Shown here one piece after another: positions 8,495 to 20,717 of a stretch of 32,536 nucleotides of DNA (position 1 is its first letter; every line of letters starts with the position of its first letter). Position numbers and translations under genes: made by a program. The stretch is from assembly GCA_004292985.1 (NCBI GenBank), contig RDXT01000797.1:1-32536 (forward strand), written 5' to 3'. This stretch comes from Bacteroidota bacterium (GTDB lineage Bacteria; Bacteroidota; Bacteroidia; J057). Under the pieces are notes generated by a model. That model saw nothing but the letters and a program-made list of their open reading frames with translations. It did not search any database and had not been told where the DNA came from.

Positions 8495-8523
8495 AAAAAA
8501 CCGGACGACATACAATCGTCCGG
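8495..8523 (-). terminator. rho-independent terminator downstream of glyA
   Basis: The minus strand reads CCGGACGA-ttgtatg-TCGTCCGG followed by TTTTTTAATT, 39 nt after the glyA stop. Confidence 0.7.
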
Positions 8524-8561
8524 CTAATGTAACGAATATCCTGGTATCTTCAGGGGCTTTC

Positions 8562-9872
8562 TTACCACTGAAACATCGGGAACTTGTGCATAAATTCATT
8601 TACCTCGCCGCGTACGTCTGCGATCACTGACTCGCTTTCGGGGTTCATCAGCACACGGTCAATCAGGGAGGCTACCACTTCCACATCCGCTTCTTTCAGG
8701 CCGCGGGTGGTGAGGGCAGGTGTACCCAGACGGATGCCGCTGGTTACCATCGGGCTGCGGGTATCGAAAGGCACCATGTTTTTGTTGATGGTGATGTCGG
8801 CGCGCACGAGGGCATCTTCGGCAATTTTTCCGGTGAGGGTCGTGCTTTTGGCGCGTAAGTCAATCAGCATCAGGTGGTTATCAGTACCGCCGGAAATGAC
8901 TTTGTAGCCGAGGGCCGTCATGGCGTTGGCCAGTGCCTGGGCGTTTTTAATCACCTGACGGGCATAGGTATCGAACTCCGGACGAAGGGCTTCTCCGAAT
9001 GCAACCGCCTTGGCAGCGATCACGTGCATCAGCGGACCGCCCTGGGTGCCGGGAAATACGGCGCTGTCGAGGATCGAACCCATGGTACGAACCTGGCCTT
9101 TGGGGGTGGTGATTCCCAGCGGGTTAGGTACATTCTTGCCCACGAGAATCATACCGCCCCGGCTTGCGCGGAGGGTCTTGTGGGTGGTGGTCGTTACCAC
9201 ATCGCAATAGTCGAGCGGATTGCGCAGGAGGCCCTTGGAGATCAGACCCGCAGGGTGTGCCATATCGCACATCAGCAGCGCGCCTACCTCATCGGCGATC
9301 TCGCGGAAAGCGGCATAGTCCCAGTCGCGGGAGTAGCTGCTGGCACCTGTGATCAGCAGACGGGGCTTTTCACGGCGGGCGGTGTCGCGCACCTGGTCAT
9401 AGTCCACATAGCCCGTTTCCTGGCTTACGCCGTAGAATACCGGACGGAAATATTTACCCGAAAAATTGACTGGCGAACCGTGGGTCAGGTGACCGCCATG
9501 CGAAAGGTCAAAGCCCATAATGGTATCTCCGGGCTTCAGCAGCGCCAGAAATACAGCCGCATTGGCCTGGGCACCGGAGTGAGGCTGCACATTCACCCAT
9601 TCAGCGCCAAAAAGCGCCTTCGCACGCTCGCGGGCAAGCTCCTCTACCTCATCTGCATACTGGCAGCCGCCATAATACCGCGCTCCGGGAAGTCCCTCGG
9701 CATATTTGTTCGTCAGACAACTGCCCGCTGCCTGCATCACAGCTTCGCTCACGAAGTTCTCGGAAGCGATCAGCTCCATACCTTCCCGCTGCCGCTTCTC
9801 TTCTTTCCCGATAATGTCAAATACTTCGTCGTGGCCGGCAAGGGTGGCAGCCTGATGTTGAAGTTCGGTCAT
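8562..9872 (-). CDS. glyA: serine hydroxymethyltransferase
   Basis: ATG start. Motifs ELIASENF, GYPGxRYYGG-like (LPGARYYGG) and the PLP-lysine region [14 protein letters not shown]. 436 aa. Confidence 0.95.
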   Translation of the reverse strand: MTELQHQAATLAGHDEVFDIIGKEEKRQREGMELIASENFVSEAVMQAAGSCLTNKYAEGLPGARYYGGCQYADEVEELARERAKALFGAEWVNVQPHSGAQANAAVFLALLKPGDTIMGFDLSHGGHLTHGSPVNFSGKYFRPVFYGVSQETGYVDYDQVRDTARREKPRLLITGASSYSRDWDYAAFREIADEVGALLMCDMAHPAGLISKGLLRNPLDYCDVVTTTTHKTLRASRGGMILVGKNVPNPLGITTPKGQVRTMGSILDSAVFPGTQGGPLMHVIAAKAVAFGEALRPEFDTYARQVIKNAQALANAMTALGYKVISGGTDNHLMLIDLRAKSTTLTGKIAEDALVRADITINKNMVPFDTRSPMVTSGIRLGTPALTTRGLKEADVEVVASLIDRVLMNPESESVIADVRGEVNEFMHKFPMFQW

Positions 9873-10013
9873 TGCAAAATGAATGATTAATGGATCAATT
9901 TATTCGAAATATCCGCTGTCTTACTGCCAAAATCAAAACAGAACGGGCCAAGCTGTCGGAATAGCGTATAAGATGTCTGTTTTTCATCCTTAAAGGAGGA
10001 ACAGAATTCTGCC

Positions 10014-10526
10014 TTACGACAAAAAAGCCTGAATCTGGCCGCCTGATGGCTCGATTTCGACAGATACATGCTGCTGAATAGTAGTCGCTAACTGTAACCC
10101 GACAAAATCCGCGCCGATTGGAAAAAGTCTGTGGCCCCGGTCTATCAAAACGGCTGTCTGTAAGGTACGGGGCATAGCAGGGAGAAGGCCCGCCACCACA
10201 TGAAGCAGGGTTTTGCCCGAATACAATACATCATCCACGACCAGCACCGCCTTGCCTGTCAATACCGAATCTGCCTCCGAAAGACGCAGCCCCGTCACCG
10301 GACTGAGGCTGCGGTCGAGATAACTTTTGATGAGGGTAATGCGCAGGGGACTGATCTGGCGCAGATGCGACACAATCTCATCTGCGAGCAGGCCGCCGCG
10401 CTCATCCACACCGATCACCACCAGCTCTTCTTCGAGGTAATTGGCCTCGTAAATCTGATAGGCCATGCGGCGGAGACCCGCCATAATGCCTGTGTGATTG
10501 AGAATATGTACCCGCGTTTCAGACAT
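10014..10526 (-). CDS. pyrR: PyrR-like phosphoribosyltransferase (pyrimidine operon regulator / uracil PRTase family)
   Basis: ATG start. PRPP-binding motif VLVVDDVLYSGKT and the downstream LIDRGHR..PI motif characteristic of PyrR. 170 aa. Confidence 0.7.
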   Translation of the reverse strand: MSETRVHILNHTGIMAGLRRMAYQIYEANYLEEELVVIGVDERGGLLADEIVSHLRQISPLRITLIKSYLDRSLSPVTGLRLSEADSVLTGKAVLVVDDVLYSGKTLLHVVAGLLPAMPRTLQTAVLIDRGHRLFPIGADFVGLQLATTIQQHVSVEIEPSGGQIQAFLS

Positions 10527-10596
10527 AAGATGCAGACGACCAATGGTAAAACAAAGATATAAAAAAACTGACGCTTACGTTGAAAAACTGGGTGGT

Positions 10597-11319
10597 CTAC
10601 GTTCGGTAATACAGCGCAGCAGGCAGAATCCGGAGCAATCCCGCGATCAAACGCCAGCGGCGGGACACATATACCACAGATGCCTTCTTTCTGATCGCAT
10701 CCATGATCTGCCGGGCTGCCTTCTGCGGCGTAGAAACCCAGAAATGGCCATCTCCCTTCATCATAGCTGTATCCACAAACCCCGCCCGGACATCTGTTAC
10801 AACAATAGGAAGCTGATCTTTTGTAACCGCATGCCTGATACCTTCCAGAAAATGAATCTGATAGGCTTTGCTGGCATTATAGACTGCGGCACCTCTCGCA
10901 CCTCTTACCCCCGCCACAGAAGTGATGGCTACCAGATGGCCGCTGCCCTTATTCTGAAAATACCGCATCGCCCAGTCAGCCACGTTCGTAAATGCAGCCA
11001 CATTCAGGTCAATGGTCGGTTTGTCGAGGGAAAAATCAAAGGTTTCATTCAGCTCACCCGTTCCGGAGCTGATCACCATCAGATCGAAGCCTCCCAGCGC
11101 CTCACACAGCTCATCCAGATGGCGGCTATTTTCTTCTGTCAGGGTTGCATCAAAGGCCTTAACGATAAATTTTTCAGGGTTTTCCTGCTCCAGTTCGCGC
11201 AGCAAAGACTCTCTCCGGCCAGTGATGCCCACACAACAGCCTTCTTCGGCCAGCATGCGGGCGATTTCGCGGCCTATACCGGAGGTAGCTCCCACTACAA
11301 TGGCTTTTTTCATGTTCAT
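10597..11319 (-). CDS. short-chain dehydrogenase/reductase (SDR) family oxidoreductase
   Basis: Rossmann motif VVGATSGIGREIA, NAA-like motif, and catalytic S...YNASK. The ORF-track GTG start (11346) lies inside the rpoC terminator hairpin, so ATG 11319 (MNMKKAIVVG) or 11313 is preferred. Confidence 0.8.
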   Translation of the reverse strand: MNMKKAIVVGATSGIGREIARMLAEEGCCVGITGRRESLLRELEQENPEKFIVKAFDATLTEENSRHLDELCEALGGFDLMVISSGTGELNETFDFSLDKPTIDLNVAAFTNVADWAMRYFQNKGSGHLVAITSVAGVRGARGAAVYNASKAYQIHFLEGIRHAVTKDQLPIVVTDVRAGFVDTAMMKGDGHFWVSTPQKAARQIMDAIRKKASVVYVSRRWRLIAGLLRILPAALYYRT

Positions 11320-11330
11320 CTGCTTCTTAA

Positions 11331-11358
11331 CGAAAAGAAGGGGCACGAATGCCCCTTC
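11331..11358 (-). terminator. rho-independent terminator downstream of rpoC
   Basis: The minus strand reads GAAGGGGCA-ttcg-TGCCCCTTC followed by TTTTCG, 23 nt after the rpoC stop. Confidence 0.7.
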
Positions 11359-11380
11359 TTCTTTGTTCTATGTCCACACA

Positions 11381-14300
11381 TTAGTCAATCACAGCCTGGC
11401 TTGCGCGTGAGAAACGGGGTTTTTCGACCCGCTCTTCATACTCCACCTGGTCGCCGACAATGATGTCCTGGTAGCGGCGGATACCTGTACCGGCAGGAAT
11501 CAGGTGACCCACGATCACGTTTTCTTTCAGGCCGAGGAGTTCGTCGGTCTTGGCAGAAATCGCAGCTTCGCTCAGTACCTTCGTCGTTTCCTGGAAGGAA
11601 GCCGCCGACAGCCAGCTCTTCGTACCCAGCGATGCACGGGTAATACCCATCAGCACCGGCTGACATACGGCAGGACGTGCCGGGCGGGCAGTTGCCAGTT
11701 TCTTATCCTGACGGCGCAGCAGTGAGTTTTCATCACGCAGTTTGCGCTGCGGAATGATCTGTCCTGCCTTCAGCGTTTCGGAGTCACCGGCATCTTCCAC
11801 AAAGTACTTGTCGAAAATCCAGTCGTTTTCCTCCTGGAAGTCCAGACGGCCTACCACTTCGCGTTCGAGGAAGAGTGAGTCACCGGCATCCACGATCTCG
11901 ACGTTTTTCATCATCTGGCGAACGATCACCTCGATGTGTTTGTCATTGATCGGTACACCCTGCATACGATACACTTCCTGGATCTCATTCACGATGTAGG
12001 ACTGCACCGCACTCGGACCTTTGATGGCCAGAATGTCTTTTGGCGCAATGGCGCCATCGGAAAGCGGCTCTCCGGAAAGCACATAGTCGCCGTCGTGTAC
12101 CAGGATGTGCTTATTCAGCGACACCATGTACTTGCGCTCATCAGAGCCATCCGTAGCGGCGATAAACACCTCACGGTTACCCCGTTTGATTGCACCCAGG
12201 CGTACAATGCCCTCGATCGCGCTGACCACAGCGGGGTTCGAAGGGTTACGTGCTTCGAAAAGCTCCGTTACCCGTGGCAGACCACCGGTGATGTCAGCTG
12301 TACCACCGCCTGAGCGGGGGATTTTCACGAGTACCTGTCCGGCTCTTACTTCTTCGCCGTCTTCAGCTGCGATGTGGGAACCTACGGGCAGGTTGTGGTC
12401 GCGGAGGGTTTTTCCGCTTTCATCCTGTACCAGAAGGGTTGGGTTTACCCCTTTGTCGCGGCTGTCTATAATTACTTTCTCTTTGTGGCCGGTTTGCTCG
12501 TCGATGTCTTCGAGGTAGGTGATACCTTCTTTTACATCTTCAAACTTCACCCTACCATTAAACTCAGAGATAATCACCGAGTTATATGGGTCCCAGATAG
12601 AGAGCATTTGTCCTTTGTGGACCATTTGTCCGTCTTCCACCATCAGGTTGGCACCGTAAGGCACTTTGTTGGAGAAGAGGATACGTCCCTGGTCATCAAC
12701 GATCTTGAGTTTACCGGTCCGGCTGGTAACGATCTTGTCAGACTGGTCGAACACTTCGTACATAACGATACGTACGTTTTCGAGTTCGATGCGTCCGGCA
12801 AACTTCGCCACAAGCTGGCTCTGGTTAGCTACACGCTGGGCAGTACCACCTACGTGGAAGGTACGAAGCGTAAGCTGTGTACCCGGCTCACCGATGGACT
12901 GCGCTGCGATAACACCTACGGCTTCCCCTGCCTGCACCATCTGGCTGTTGGCGAGGTTACGGCCATAACATTTGGCGCAGACACCGAGCTTGGACTCGCA
13001 GGTAAGTACCGAGCGGATTTCCAGTTCCTCGATGGCAGTCTCTTCGATCTGCTTCACGACAAACTCATCAAAGGATTCGCCGGCAGCTACGATCAGCTTA
13101 TCAGGATCGAGGGGGTCATATACATCGTTCACCGCTACGCGGCCCAGAATACGCTCACCCAGAGGCTGGATCACGTCTTCGTTCTCTTTCAGCGCGGAGA
13201 CACTGATACCACGCAGGGTACCGCAGTCTTCTTCTGTAATGATCACGTCCTGAGCTACGTCCACCAGACGACGGGTGAGGTAACCAGCATCCGCTGTTTT
13301 CAGAGCGGTATCGGCCAGACCTTTCCGGGCGCCGTGGGTAGAGATGAAATATTCAAGTACCGAGAGGCCTTCTTTGAAGTTAGCCAGGATCGGGTTTTCA
13401 ATGATCTCACCTGCCGAGCCTTTGAGGGTTTTCTGCGGCTTGGCCATCAGACCCCGCATACCGCCGAGCTGACGAATCTGCTCTTTGGAACCCCGTGCAC
13501 CGGAGTGGAACATCATGTAGATGTTGTTGAAACCGTCTTTATCCTTCTCCAACTGAGCCATCAGGGTTTCTGTCAGGCGGGAGTTGGTGTGGGTCCAGAT
13601 GTCGATGACCTGGTTGTAACGTTCGTTATCCGTGATCAGACCCATGCTGTAGTTCATGCCTACCTCTTCGATCTTCTCTTCGGCTTCAGCGACCAGTTTA
13701 TCCTTCTCTTTAGGTACAATCACCTCATTAAGCGAGAAAGAAAGACCGCCGAGGAAGGCCTCACGGAAACCGAGATCCTTCAGATCATCGAGGAAGCGAA
13801 CCGTGGCGACCAGACCTGTGCGTACAAAGATGTCGGTGATGACCGTACGCATGGACTTCTTGGTGAGCAGCTGGTTCACATATCCGGCGCCATCGGGTAC
13901 AATCTTATTAAAGAGTACGCGACCTACGGTAGTTTCCAGAATTTCCTTTACGACTTCACCGTTTTCGTCCATTACAGGGCGACCGATCTCGTCGAATTTG
14001 GTATTCCGGTACATAATGTAGGCATGTTTGGCTACCGTACCTTCGTTGTAGGCAATTTCCACCTCTTCGGTGCTGCCAAAGACCATACCTTCGCCTTTTT
14101 GGCCCGGACGGCCTTTGGTGAGGTAATATACACCCAATACCATGTCCTGGGTAGGCAGGGTGATGGGGTTACCGTTGGCAGGGTGAAGAATGTTGTGGCT
14201 GGCCAGCATCAGCACGATCGCCTCCATACAGGCCTCATTGCTGAGGGGTACGTGCACAGCCATCTGGTCACCGTCAAAGTCAGCGTTGAAGCCCGTACAC

Positions 14301-15700
14301 ACCAGCGGGTGAAGCTGGATCGCTTTACCTTCGACCAGGCGTGGCATAAATGCCTGAATACCCAGACGGTGAAGGGTTGGAGCACGGTTGAGCAGTACCG
14401 GGTGGCCTTTGAGAATGTTTTCCAGGATGTCCCAGATCACAGGGTCACGACGGTCAACCAGTTTCTTGGCGCTTTTTACGGTCTTTACAATACCCCTTTC
14501 GATCAGTTTGCGGATGATAAAGGGCTTGAAAAGTTCGGCAGACATAGACTTGGGCAGACCGCACTCATAGAGTTTGAGGGTAGGGCCTACCACGATAACC
14601 GAACGACCGGAGTAGTCCACACGCTTACCGAGCAGGTTCTGCCGGAAACGTCCCTGCTTGCCTTTCAGCATGTCGGAGAGGGACTTTAGTGCGCGGTTGG
14701 ACTCGGAGCGAACCGCATTTACTTTGCGCGTGTTGTCGAAAAGGGAGTCCACAGCTTCCTGCAGCATCCGTTTTTCGTTGCGCAAAATCACTTCAGGCGC
14801 TTTGATTTCGATCAGGCGCTTGAGGCGGTTGTTCCGGATAATCACCCGGCGGTAGAGGTCGTTGAGGTCAGAGGTAGCGAAACGTCCCCCTTCGAGCGGT
14901 ACGAGCGGACGAAGCTCGGGCGGGATCACCGGCACAATGCGGATCACCATCCACTCGGGCTTGTTCTCGATGCGGCGGTTGGCACCCCGGAACGCTTCGA
15001 CCACTTTCAAACGCTTGAGGGCGTCGGTCTTGCGCTGCTGGGAGGTTTCCTGCGCGGCACGCTGGCGGAGGGTATAGGACAGTTCGTCCAGGTTGATTCT
15101 GCCCAGCAGCGATTCCAGTGCTTCGGCGCCCATTTTGGCGACAAACTTGGCCGGATCTTCATCAGGCAGCATCTGGTTCTCACGGGGCAGGGTCTCAAGT
15201 ATGCTCAGGTATTCCTCTTCTATGAGGAAATCCATCTGCTGAATGCCTTCTTTTTCCACCACGCCCGCGTTGATTACTACGTAACGTTCGTAGTAGATCA
15301 CCTGGTCGAGTTTTTTGGAAGACAGACCCAGCAGGTAGCCGATTTTGCTCGGCAGGGTACGGAAGTACCAGATATGGGCTACGGGGACCACCAGTTGAAT
15401 ATGGCCCATGCGTTCGCGGCGCACCTTTTTCTCGGTCACTTCCACGCCGCAACGGTCGCAGATAATGCCCTTGTAACGGATGCGTTTGTACTTTCCGCAA
15501 TGGCACTCATAATCCTTCACCGGACCAAAGATTCGCTCGCAAAAGAGACCATCTTTCTCCGGCTTGTAGGTCCGGTAGTTAATGGTTTCCGGCTTGAGCA
15601 CTTCGCCGTTGGATCGGTTCAGGATCGACTCCGGCGAGGCCAGGCTGATCGTGATCCGTTTGAAATCGCTGGTGATCTTTGTGTTCTTGGCAATAGGCAT
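11381..15700 (-). CDS. rpoC: DNA-directed RNA polymerase subunit beta'
   Basis: 1439 aa. It has the zinc-binding CHCGKY...C..CGVEV motif, the catalytic NADFDGDQM motif, and bridge-helix and trigger-loop regions. It lies directly downstream of rpoB. Confidence 0.98.
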   Translation of the reverse strand: MPIAKNTKITSDFKRITISLASPESILNRSNGEVLKPETINYRTYKPEKDGLFCERIFGPVKDYECHCGKYKRIRYKGIICDRCGVEVTEKKVRRERMGHIQLVVPVAHIWYFRTLPSKIGYLLGLSSKKLDQVIYYERYVVINAGVVEKEGIQQMDFLIEEEYLSILETLPRENQMLPDEDPAKFVAKMGAEALESLLGRINLDELSYTLRQRAAQETSQQRKTDALKRLKVVEAFRGANRRIENKPEWMVIRIVPVIPPELRPLVPLEGGRFATSDLNDLYRRVIIRNNRLKRLIEIKAPEVILRNEKRMLQEAVDSLFDNTRKVNAVRSESNRALKSLSDMLKGKQGRFRQNLLGKRVDYSGRSVIVVGPTLKLYECGLPKSMSAELFKPFIIRKLIERGIVKTVKSAKKLVDRRDPVIWDILENILKGHPVLLNRAPTLHRLGIQAFMPRLVEGKAIQLHPLVCTGFNADFDGDQMAVHVPLSNEACMEAIVLMLASHNILHPANGNPITLPTQDMVLGVYYLTKGRPGQKGEGMVFGSTEEVEIAYNEGTVAKHAYIMYRNTKFDEIGRPVMDENGEVVKEILETTVGRVLFNKIVPDGAGYVNQLLTKKSMRTVITDIFVRTGLVATVRFLDDLKDLGFREAFLGGLSFSLNEVIVPKEKDKLVAEAEEKIEEVGMNYSMGLITDNERYNQVIDIWTHTNSRLTETLMAQLEKDKDGFNNIYMMFHSGARGSKEQIRQLGGMRGLMAKPQKTLKGSAGEIIENPILANFKEGLSVLEYFISTHGARKGLADTALKTADAGYLTRRLVDVAQDVIITEEDCGTLRGISVSALKENEDVIQPLGERILGRVAVNDVYDPLDPDKLIVAAGESFDEFVVKQIEETAIEELEIRSVLTCESKLGVCAKCYGRNLANSQMVQAGEAVGVIAAQSIGEPGTQLTLRTFHVGGTAQRVANQSQLVAKFAGRIELENVRIVMYEVFDQSDKIVTSRTGKLKIVDDQGRILFSNKVPYGANLMVEDGQMVHKGQMLSIWDPYNSVIISEFNGRVKFEDVKEGITYLEDIDEQTGHKEKVIIDSRDKGVNPTLLVQDESGKTLRDHNLPVGSHIAAEDGEEVRAGQVLVKIPRSGGGTADITGGLPRVTELFEARNPSNPAVVSAIEGIVRLGAIKRGNREVFIAATDGSDERKYMVSLNKHILVHDGDYVLSGEPLSDGAIAPKDILAIKGPSAVQSYIVNEIQEVYRMQGVPINDKHIEVIVRQMMKNVEIVDAGDSLFLEREVVGRLDFQEENDWIFDKYFVEDAGDSETLKAGQIIPQRKLRDENSLLRRQDKKLATARPARPAVCQPVLMGITRASLGTKSWLSAASFQETTKVLSEAAISAKTDELLGLKENVIVGHLIPAGTGIRRYQDIIVGDQVEYEERVEKPRFSRASQAVID

Positions 15701-15766
15701 GCGTCACCTCCGACATTAAGATCCGAAGCGGATCAGGTAAAGCAAAACCCCTTTTCAGGGATAAAT

Positions 15767-18700
15767 TTAGTCAAGCGTAACTTCGAGCGCGAGGCCGCGA
15801 AGCTCGTGTATCAGTACGTTGAACGATTCAGGGATGCCGGGCGTAGGCAGTACGTCTCCTTTTACAATGGATTCATACACCTTGGCGCGACCTACCACAT
15901 CATCCGATTTCACTGTCAGCATCTCGCGAAGGATGTTTGCTGCACCGAAAGCTTCGAGTGCCCATACTTCCATCTCACCAAAACGCTGGCCACCAAACTG
16001 AGCCTTACCACCGAGCGGTTGCTGGGTAATAAGAGAGTATGGTCCGATAGAACGTGCGTGCATCTTGTCATCTACCAGGTGAATCAGTTTCAGCATGTAG
16101 ATAACACCCACCGTGGTTTGCTCGCGGAACGGAACCCCCGTCAGACCATTGATCAGGCGGATAACTCCATATTCCGGAAGACCGGCTTCGCGCATACGTT
16201 CATTCACATCCTCGAAGGTAGCTCCGTCAAAAATAGGCGTAGCAAATTTCACACCGAGACGTTTACCGGCCCATCCAAGGATGGTTTCATATACCTGGCC
16301 CAGGTTCATACGTGAAGGTACGCCCAGTGGGTTCAGTACGATGTCGATCGGTGTGCCGTCGGGCAGGAATGGCATGTCTTCCACAGGCACAATCCGGGAT
16401 ACAACCCCTTTGTTACCGTGGCGGCCCGCCATTTTGTCCCCTACTTTCAGCTTACGTTTCTTGGCGATCCATACTTTAGCCAGTTTCAGAATGCCGGATG
16501 GAAGCTCGTCACCTACGCGGATCTGATATTCTTCCCGGCGGTACTGGCCTTCGATGATGTCCAGCTTACGCTTAAAGTTGTGGAAGATACGCTCGATGTT
16601 TTTGTTCAGTTCCTCATCTTCCGTCCAGTTGTTCGGGATCAGGTCTTCAAACTTGAGCGATACGAGTGATTTTTCCGTGAATTTCTTCCCGGCGGCGATC
16701 ACCTCTTCGTTAAACTTATTCTTTACGCCACGGGATTTCACCTCACCTACCAGGTTGCTCAGCTTGGCAAGCATCTGCTCGTTCAGCTCGCGGATCTGGG
16801 TATTATGGGTTTCCTCCAGGGAAGTAAGCGTTTTCTTATCGCGGACTTTGGCTTTGGATTCTTTTTTCTCTTTGGAGAAGAGTACCTTATCTATCACCAC
16901 ACCTCCGCTGGAAGGCGGTACGCGCAGCGAAGCGTCTTTTACGTCACCAGCTTTGTCGCCGAAGATCGCGCGGAGCAGTTTTTCTTCCGGTGTCGGGTCA
17001 GACTCACCTTTAGGGGTAATCTTACCGATCAGAATGTCTCCGGGGTTCACTTCAGCACCGATGCGGATCAGGCCGTTTTCGTCCAGGTGTTTAATGGCAT
17101 CCTCGCTCACGTTCGGAATCTCACGGGTGAGTTCCTCTTCGCCGCGCTTGGTGTCACGCACCTGAAGTTCAAACTCTTCGACGTGGATAGAGGTGAATAC
17201 GTCTTCAGCCACTACACGCTCGGAGATTACGATCGCATCCTCAAAGTTGTATCCCTGCCAGGGCATAAATGCCACGAGGAGGTTTTTACCGAGGGCGAGT
17301 TCGCCTTTTTCCGTCGAATAGCCTTCTGCGATAATGGTATCCTTGTCCACTTTCTGGCCGGGGCGAACCACCGGACGCAGGTTGATGCTGGTATTCTGGT
17401 TGGTCCGGATGAACTTGGGAACCTTGTAGGTAGTCAGGCTTGAGTCGAAGCTGACCAGTTCGTCAATGTTGGACCGCTCGTAGCGGATCATCACTTTGGA
17501 ACCGTCCACATATTCCACCACACCGGGGCCTTCGGCCATCATCATGGAGCGGGAGTCGCGGGCTACCTTGCCTTCGATACCTGTGCCCACAATCGGAGCA
17601 TCGGGTTTCAGCAGAGGTACAGCCTGGCGTTGCATGTTCGAACCCATCAGGGCGCGGTTGGCATCGTCATTTTCCAGGAAAGGAATCAGCGAAGCAGCCA
17701 CACTCACGATCTGGTTGGGCGCAACGTCCATGAAGGCAAGTTCCGTAGGATCCACCATCGGGAAGTCACCCATTTTGCGGGCTTTCACCTTGGGCATCAG
17801 GAAGTTACCAGCCACATCCACAGGCGCATTGGACTGGGCGATAATAATATCGTCTTCTTCTTCTGCGCTGAGGTAGGTAGCGTCATTGGCCACCACGCTG
17901 CTCGTTACCTTACGGTAAGGCGTTTCGATAAAGCCCATATCGTTGATCTTCGCATAGGTACAGAGCGAAGAAATCAGACCGATGTTTGGACCTTCCGGCG
18001 TTTCGATGGGGCAGAGACGGCCGTAGTGGGTATAGTGAACGTCACGAACTTCGAAGCCTGCGCGCTCGCGGGAGAGACCGCCTGGTCCGAGGGCTGATAC
18101 GCGTCGTTTGTGGGTCAGTTCTGACAGAGGATTGGTCTGGTCGAGGAACTGGCTGAGCTGGTTGGTGCCAAAAAAGGAGTTAATGACACTCGACAGCGTA
18201 CGGGCGTTGATCAGGTCGGCAGGGGTAAATACCTCATTGTCACGGATGTTCATCCGCTCGCGGATGGTCCGCGCCATACGGGCCAGACCTACGCTGAACT
18301 GGGCATACAACTGCTCGCCTACGGTACGTACGCGGCGGTTGCTCAGGTGGTCGATGTCGTCCACGTGCGCCTTGCTGTTCTGAAGCTCTACGAGGTACTC
18401 GACGATTTTGATGATGTCCTGCTTGGTCAGCACGAGACTCTTCTCTTCGAAGGTACTGTGGAGTTTTTTGTTGAGGCGGTAGCGGCCTACGTCACCGAGG
18501 TCGTAGCGCTTGTCGCTGAAGAACAGCTTGTCGATCACGCTCCGGGCGGTTTCCTCATCCGGTGGTTCGGCGTTGCGGAGCTGACGGTAAATCAGGTCCA
18601 CGGCCTCACTCTGGGAGTTGGAGTTGTCCTTCTGGAGGGTGTTATAGATAATGGAGTATTCAGCGGCGTTGGCGGACTCCGACACGAGGATCATCGAGGA

Positions 18701-19570
18701 GATACCGGAATCGAAGATTTTTTCGATGTCGGCGGCGCTGATGATGTGATCGCGCTCGAAGAGCACTTCGTTACGGGTGATCGAAACCACCTCACCTGTG
18801 TCCTCGTCCACGAAGTCTTCGGTCCAGGTGCGGAGAATCCGCGCAGCGAGTTTGCGGCTGATACACTTTTTGAGGTTCGCTTTATTGATCTTCACCTCTT
18901 CGGCGAGGCCGAAAATCTCCAGGATGTCCTTGTCCGTGCTGTATCCGATGGCACGGAGCAGCGTAGTGACCGGGAATTTCTTTTTCCGGTCAATGTAGGA
19001 GTACATGACGTTGTTGACGTCAGTGGAGAACTCGATCCATGAGCCTTTAAACGGAATAATCCGCGCCGAATACAGCTTGGAGCCGTTGGCGTGGTAGGAT
19101 TGTCCGAAAAAGACACCGGGAGAGCGGTGGAGCTGGGATACGACGACACGTTCGGCACCGTTAATGATAAAGGTACCTTCTTCGGTCATGTATGGGATGT
19201 TCCCGAGATACACTTCCTGCGTTACCGGCTCGAAATCTTCATTTTCGGGGTCGGTGCAGTAGAGGAAGAGTTTTGCTTTGAGGGCTACGGAGTAGGTAAG
19301 TCCGCGGGCTTTACACTCTTCTATGCTGTATCGTGGGGGATCAATATAGTAATCCAGGAATTCAAGCACGAAATTCTCCCGCGCATCCATGATGGGGAAG
19401 TTTTCTTTGAATACCTTATAGAGACCTTCTTCCTTGCGCTTGTCAGCGGGAGTGTCCACTTGCATAAACTCCTTGAAGGAGTGAAGTTGCACTTCGAGGA
19501 AGTCAGGATACTCAATGACCTTCTTGATTTTGGAGAAGGAAATCCGGTGGAACCCGTTTGTACTAATCAA
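15767..19570 (-). CDS. rpoB: DNA-directed RNA polymerase subunit beta
   Basis: 1267 aa. Rif-cluster region ([29 protein letters not shown]), [15 protein letters not shown] and C-terminal motifs. The start is TTG at 19570, the first start codon after an in-frame TAA. No ATG precedes the conserved YPDFLEVQL. Confidence 0.97.
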   Translation of the reverse strand: MISTNGFHRISFSKIKKVIEYPDFLEVQLHSFKEFMQVDTPADKRKEEGLYKVFKENFPIMDARENFVLEFLDYYIDPPRYSIEECKARGLTYSVALKAKLFLYCTDPENEDFEPVTQEVYLGNIPYMTEEGTFIINGAERVVVSQLHRSPGVFFGQSYHANGSKLYSARIIPFKGSWIEFSTDVNNVMYSYIDRKKKFPVTTLLRAIGYSTDKDILEIFGLAEEVKINKANLKKCISRKLAARILRTWTEDFVDEDTGEVVSITRNEVLFERDHIISAADIEKIFDSGISSMILVSESANAAEYSIIYNTLQKDNSNSQSEAVDLIYRQLRNAEPPDEETARSVIDKLFFSDKRYDLGDVGRYRLNKKLHSTFEEKSLVLTKQDIIKIVEYLVELQNSKAHVDDIDHLSNRRVRTVGEQLYAQFSVGLARMARTIRERMNIRDNEVFTPADLINARTLSSVINSFFGTNQLSQFLDQTNPLSELTHKRRVSALGPGGLSRERAGFEVRDVHYTHYGRLCPIETPEGPNIGLISSLCTYAKINDMGFIETPYRKVTSSVVANDATYLSAEEEDDIIIAQSNAPVDVAGNFLMPKVKARKMGDFPMVDPTELAFMDVAPNQIVSVAASLIPFLENDDANRALMGSNMQRQAVPLLKPDAPIVGTGIEGKVARDSRSMMMAEGPGVVEYVDGSKVMIRYERSNIDELVSFDSSLTTYKVPKFIRTNQNTSINLRPVVRPGQKVDKDTIIAEGYSTEKGELALGKNLLVAFMPWQGYNFEDAIVISERVVAEDVFTSIHVEEFELQVRDTKRGEEELTREIPNVSEDAIKHLDENGLIRIGAEVNPGDILIGKITPKGESDPTPEEKLLRAIFGDKAGDVKDASLRVPPSSGGVVIDKVLFSKEKKESKAKVRDKKTLTSLEETHNTQIRELNEQMLAKLSNLVGEVKSRGVKNKFNEEVIAAGKKFTEKSLVSLKFEDLIPNNWTEDEELNKNIERIFHNFKRKLDIIEGQYRREEYQIRVGDELPSGILKLAKVWIAKKRKLKVGDKMAGRHGNKGVVSRIVPVEDMPFLPDGTPIDIVLNPLGVPSRMNLGQVYETILGWAGKRLGVKFATPIFDGATFEDVNERMREAGLPEYGVIRLINGLTGVPFREQTTVGVIYMLKLIHLVDDKMHARSIGPYSLITQQPLGGKAQFGGQRFGEMEVWALEAFGAANILREMLTVKSDDVVGRAKVYESIVKGDVLPTPGIPESFNVLIHELRGLALEVTLD

Positions 19571-19647
19571 TCCTGTAGTTTTTTAGAGGTTCTATCGAAA
19601 TAAGCTCTTTTGAGAGCGGGCAAAAACCGGAACTCATAAGATAGGGA

Positions 19648-19679
19648 AATAGACCTGATTGCACCGAATCAGGTCTATT
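19648..19679 (-). promoter_or_regulatory. 13-bp stem-loop in the rplL-rpoB spacer (attenuator-like)
   Basis: Perfect inverted repeat AATAGACCTGATT-N6-AATCAGGTCTATT between the rplL stop and the rpoB start. No U-tract follows, so it looks like a partial terminator or processing hairpin, analogous to the E. coli rplL-rpoB attenuator. Confidence 0.4.
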
Positions 19680-19714
19680 GAAAGGTAGAACTTTGGTCGA
19701 AGCCAAATGTTTAC

Positions 19715-20095
19715 TTACTTCAGCTCTACCTCAGCGCCAGCTTCTGTCAGTTCTTTTTTGATAGCTTCAGCTTCATCCTTGGAAACTTTTTCTTTCACAG
19801 GGGTAGGAGCTTTGTCCACCAGATCTTTCGCTTCCTTAAGGCCCAGTCCGGTAAGGTTCTTTACGATCTTTACGATGTTAAGTTTACCTGCGCCGGGGCT
19901 TTTCAGGATCACGTCGAATTCAGTTTGTTCTACGACGGCAGGAGCGCCACCGCCATCGGAAGGAGCGGCAGCAACAGCCACTGCAGCAGCAGCGGGTTCA
20001 ATGCCATAGTTTTCCTTCAGTATTTTAGCCAGCTCGTTCACCTCTTTTACTGTGAGGTTCACCAGTTGCTCAGCAAAAGCTTGCAGATCAGCCAT
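19715..20095 (-). CDS. rplL: 50S ribosomal protein L7/L12
   Basis: 126 aa with an Ala-rich hinge ([13 protein letters not shown]) and a C-terminal [23 protein letters not shown]...GAEVELK. Confidence 0.97.
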   Translation of the reverse strand: MADLQAFAEQLVNLTVKEVNELAKILKENYGIEPAAAAVAVAAAPSDGGGAPAVVEQTEFDVILKSPGAGKLNIVKIVKNLTGLGLKEAKDLVDKAPTPVKEKVSKDEAEAIKKELTEAGAEVELK

Positions 20096-20182
20096 TGTTA
20101 TCGTTCGTTTGAAAGGTTCTACAGAAGAATGAAAGTAAAGAAAGATTGGAACAGGGGGTTAAACCTGTGTCCGATTTGGTAA

Positions 20183-20710
20183 TCAGCCCTCTTTTTCGGA
20201 GAGCGTTTTGACGATTCCAGCCAGTTTGGCGCCGCCTGATTGCAGGGCAGAAACCACGTTTTTGGCTGGGCTCTGGAGCAGTCCCACCACTTCGCCGATA
20301 AGGTCCGCTTTGGTTTTGAGGGTAGATAGAACATCTATCTGGTTATCTCCAACAAAGACAGACTGATCGATATAAGCGGCTTTCAGTACAGGCTTTTCGG
20401 CGGTCTTACGAAAAGCTTTGAGCATTTTTGCCGGATCGCTTGGGCGGTCAACTTCAGCAAACACCAGTGCCGAAGGTTGTTTCAGAGCAGGGATCAGTTC
20501 GGAGTAGTCTCCGCCGATTTCCTCTAAAGCCTTGACAATGAGTGTGTTTTTTACTGTCGTAAGCTGGAAGTTGCTTTCGAAGCATTTTCTCCGAAATTTA
20601 TTCACTTCCGCTACGGTCATACCACCCGCGTTCAGCACGTAGAAGTTGGGAGTTTCCTTCAACCTCTCGACCAGCTCATTCACTAATTGTTGTTTCTCTT
20701 GCTTCGTCAT
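20183..20710 (-). CDS. rplJ: 50S ribosomal protein L10
   Basis: 175 aa, positioned between rplA and rplL, with an L10-like N-terminus (MTKQEKQQLVNELVERLKE). Confidence 0.93.
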   Translation of the reverse strand: MTKQEKQQLVNELVERLKETPNFYVLNAGGMTVAEVNKFRRKCFESNFQLTTVKNTLIVKALEEIGGDYSELIPALKQPSALVFAEVDRPSDPAKMLKAFRKTAEKPVLKAAYIDQSVFVGDNQIDVLSTLKTKADLIGEVVGLLQSPAKNVVSALQSGGAKLAGIVKTLSEKEG

Positions 20711-20717
20711 AACCCGC

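Noticed and set aside
8404-8511. The N-terminal extension of TatC (ORF-track start at 8511).
   Set aside because: The start codon lies in the loop of the glyA terminator, and the extension is not TatC-like. ATG 8403 gives the canonical N-terminus.
9873-10013. A possible riboswitch (ZTP, THF or glycine) upstream of glyA.
   Set aside because: None of the conserved cores is visible on the minus strand, for example the ZTP CCGGGCGGA...CCGCCTGGGCA. The spacer looks like a plain AT-rich promoter region.
12374-14689. A 771-aa plus-strand ORF, with similar long ORFs at 22876..24522, 8874..9890, 6976..7815, 10498..11463, 15374..16315, 18347..19042 and 20901..21875.
   Set aside because: All lie antisense to strongly supported conserved genes (rpoC, tuf plus the tRNAs, glyA, UDG/tatC, SDR, rpoB, rplA/rplK). 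Their translations are low-complexity and rich in V/G/H/F/D, with no recognisable motifs. They are the usual shadow ORFs of GC3-biased genes. The 22876..24522 ORF even runs through four tRNA genes.
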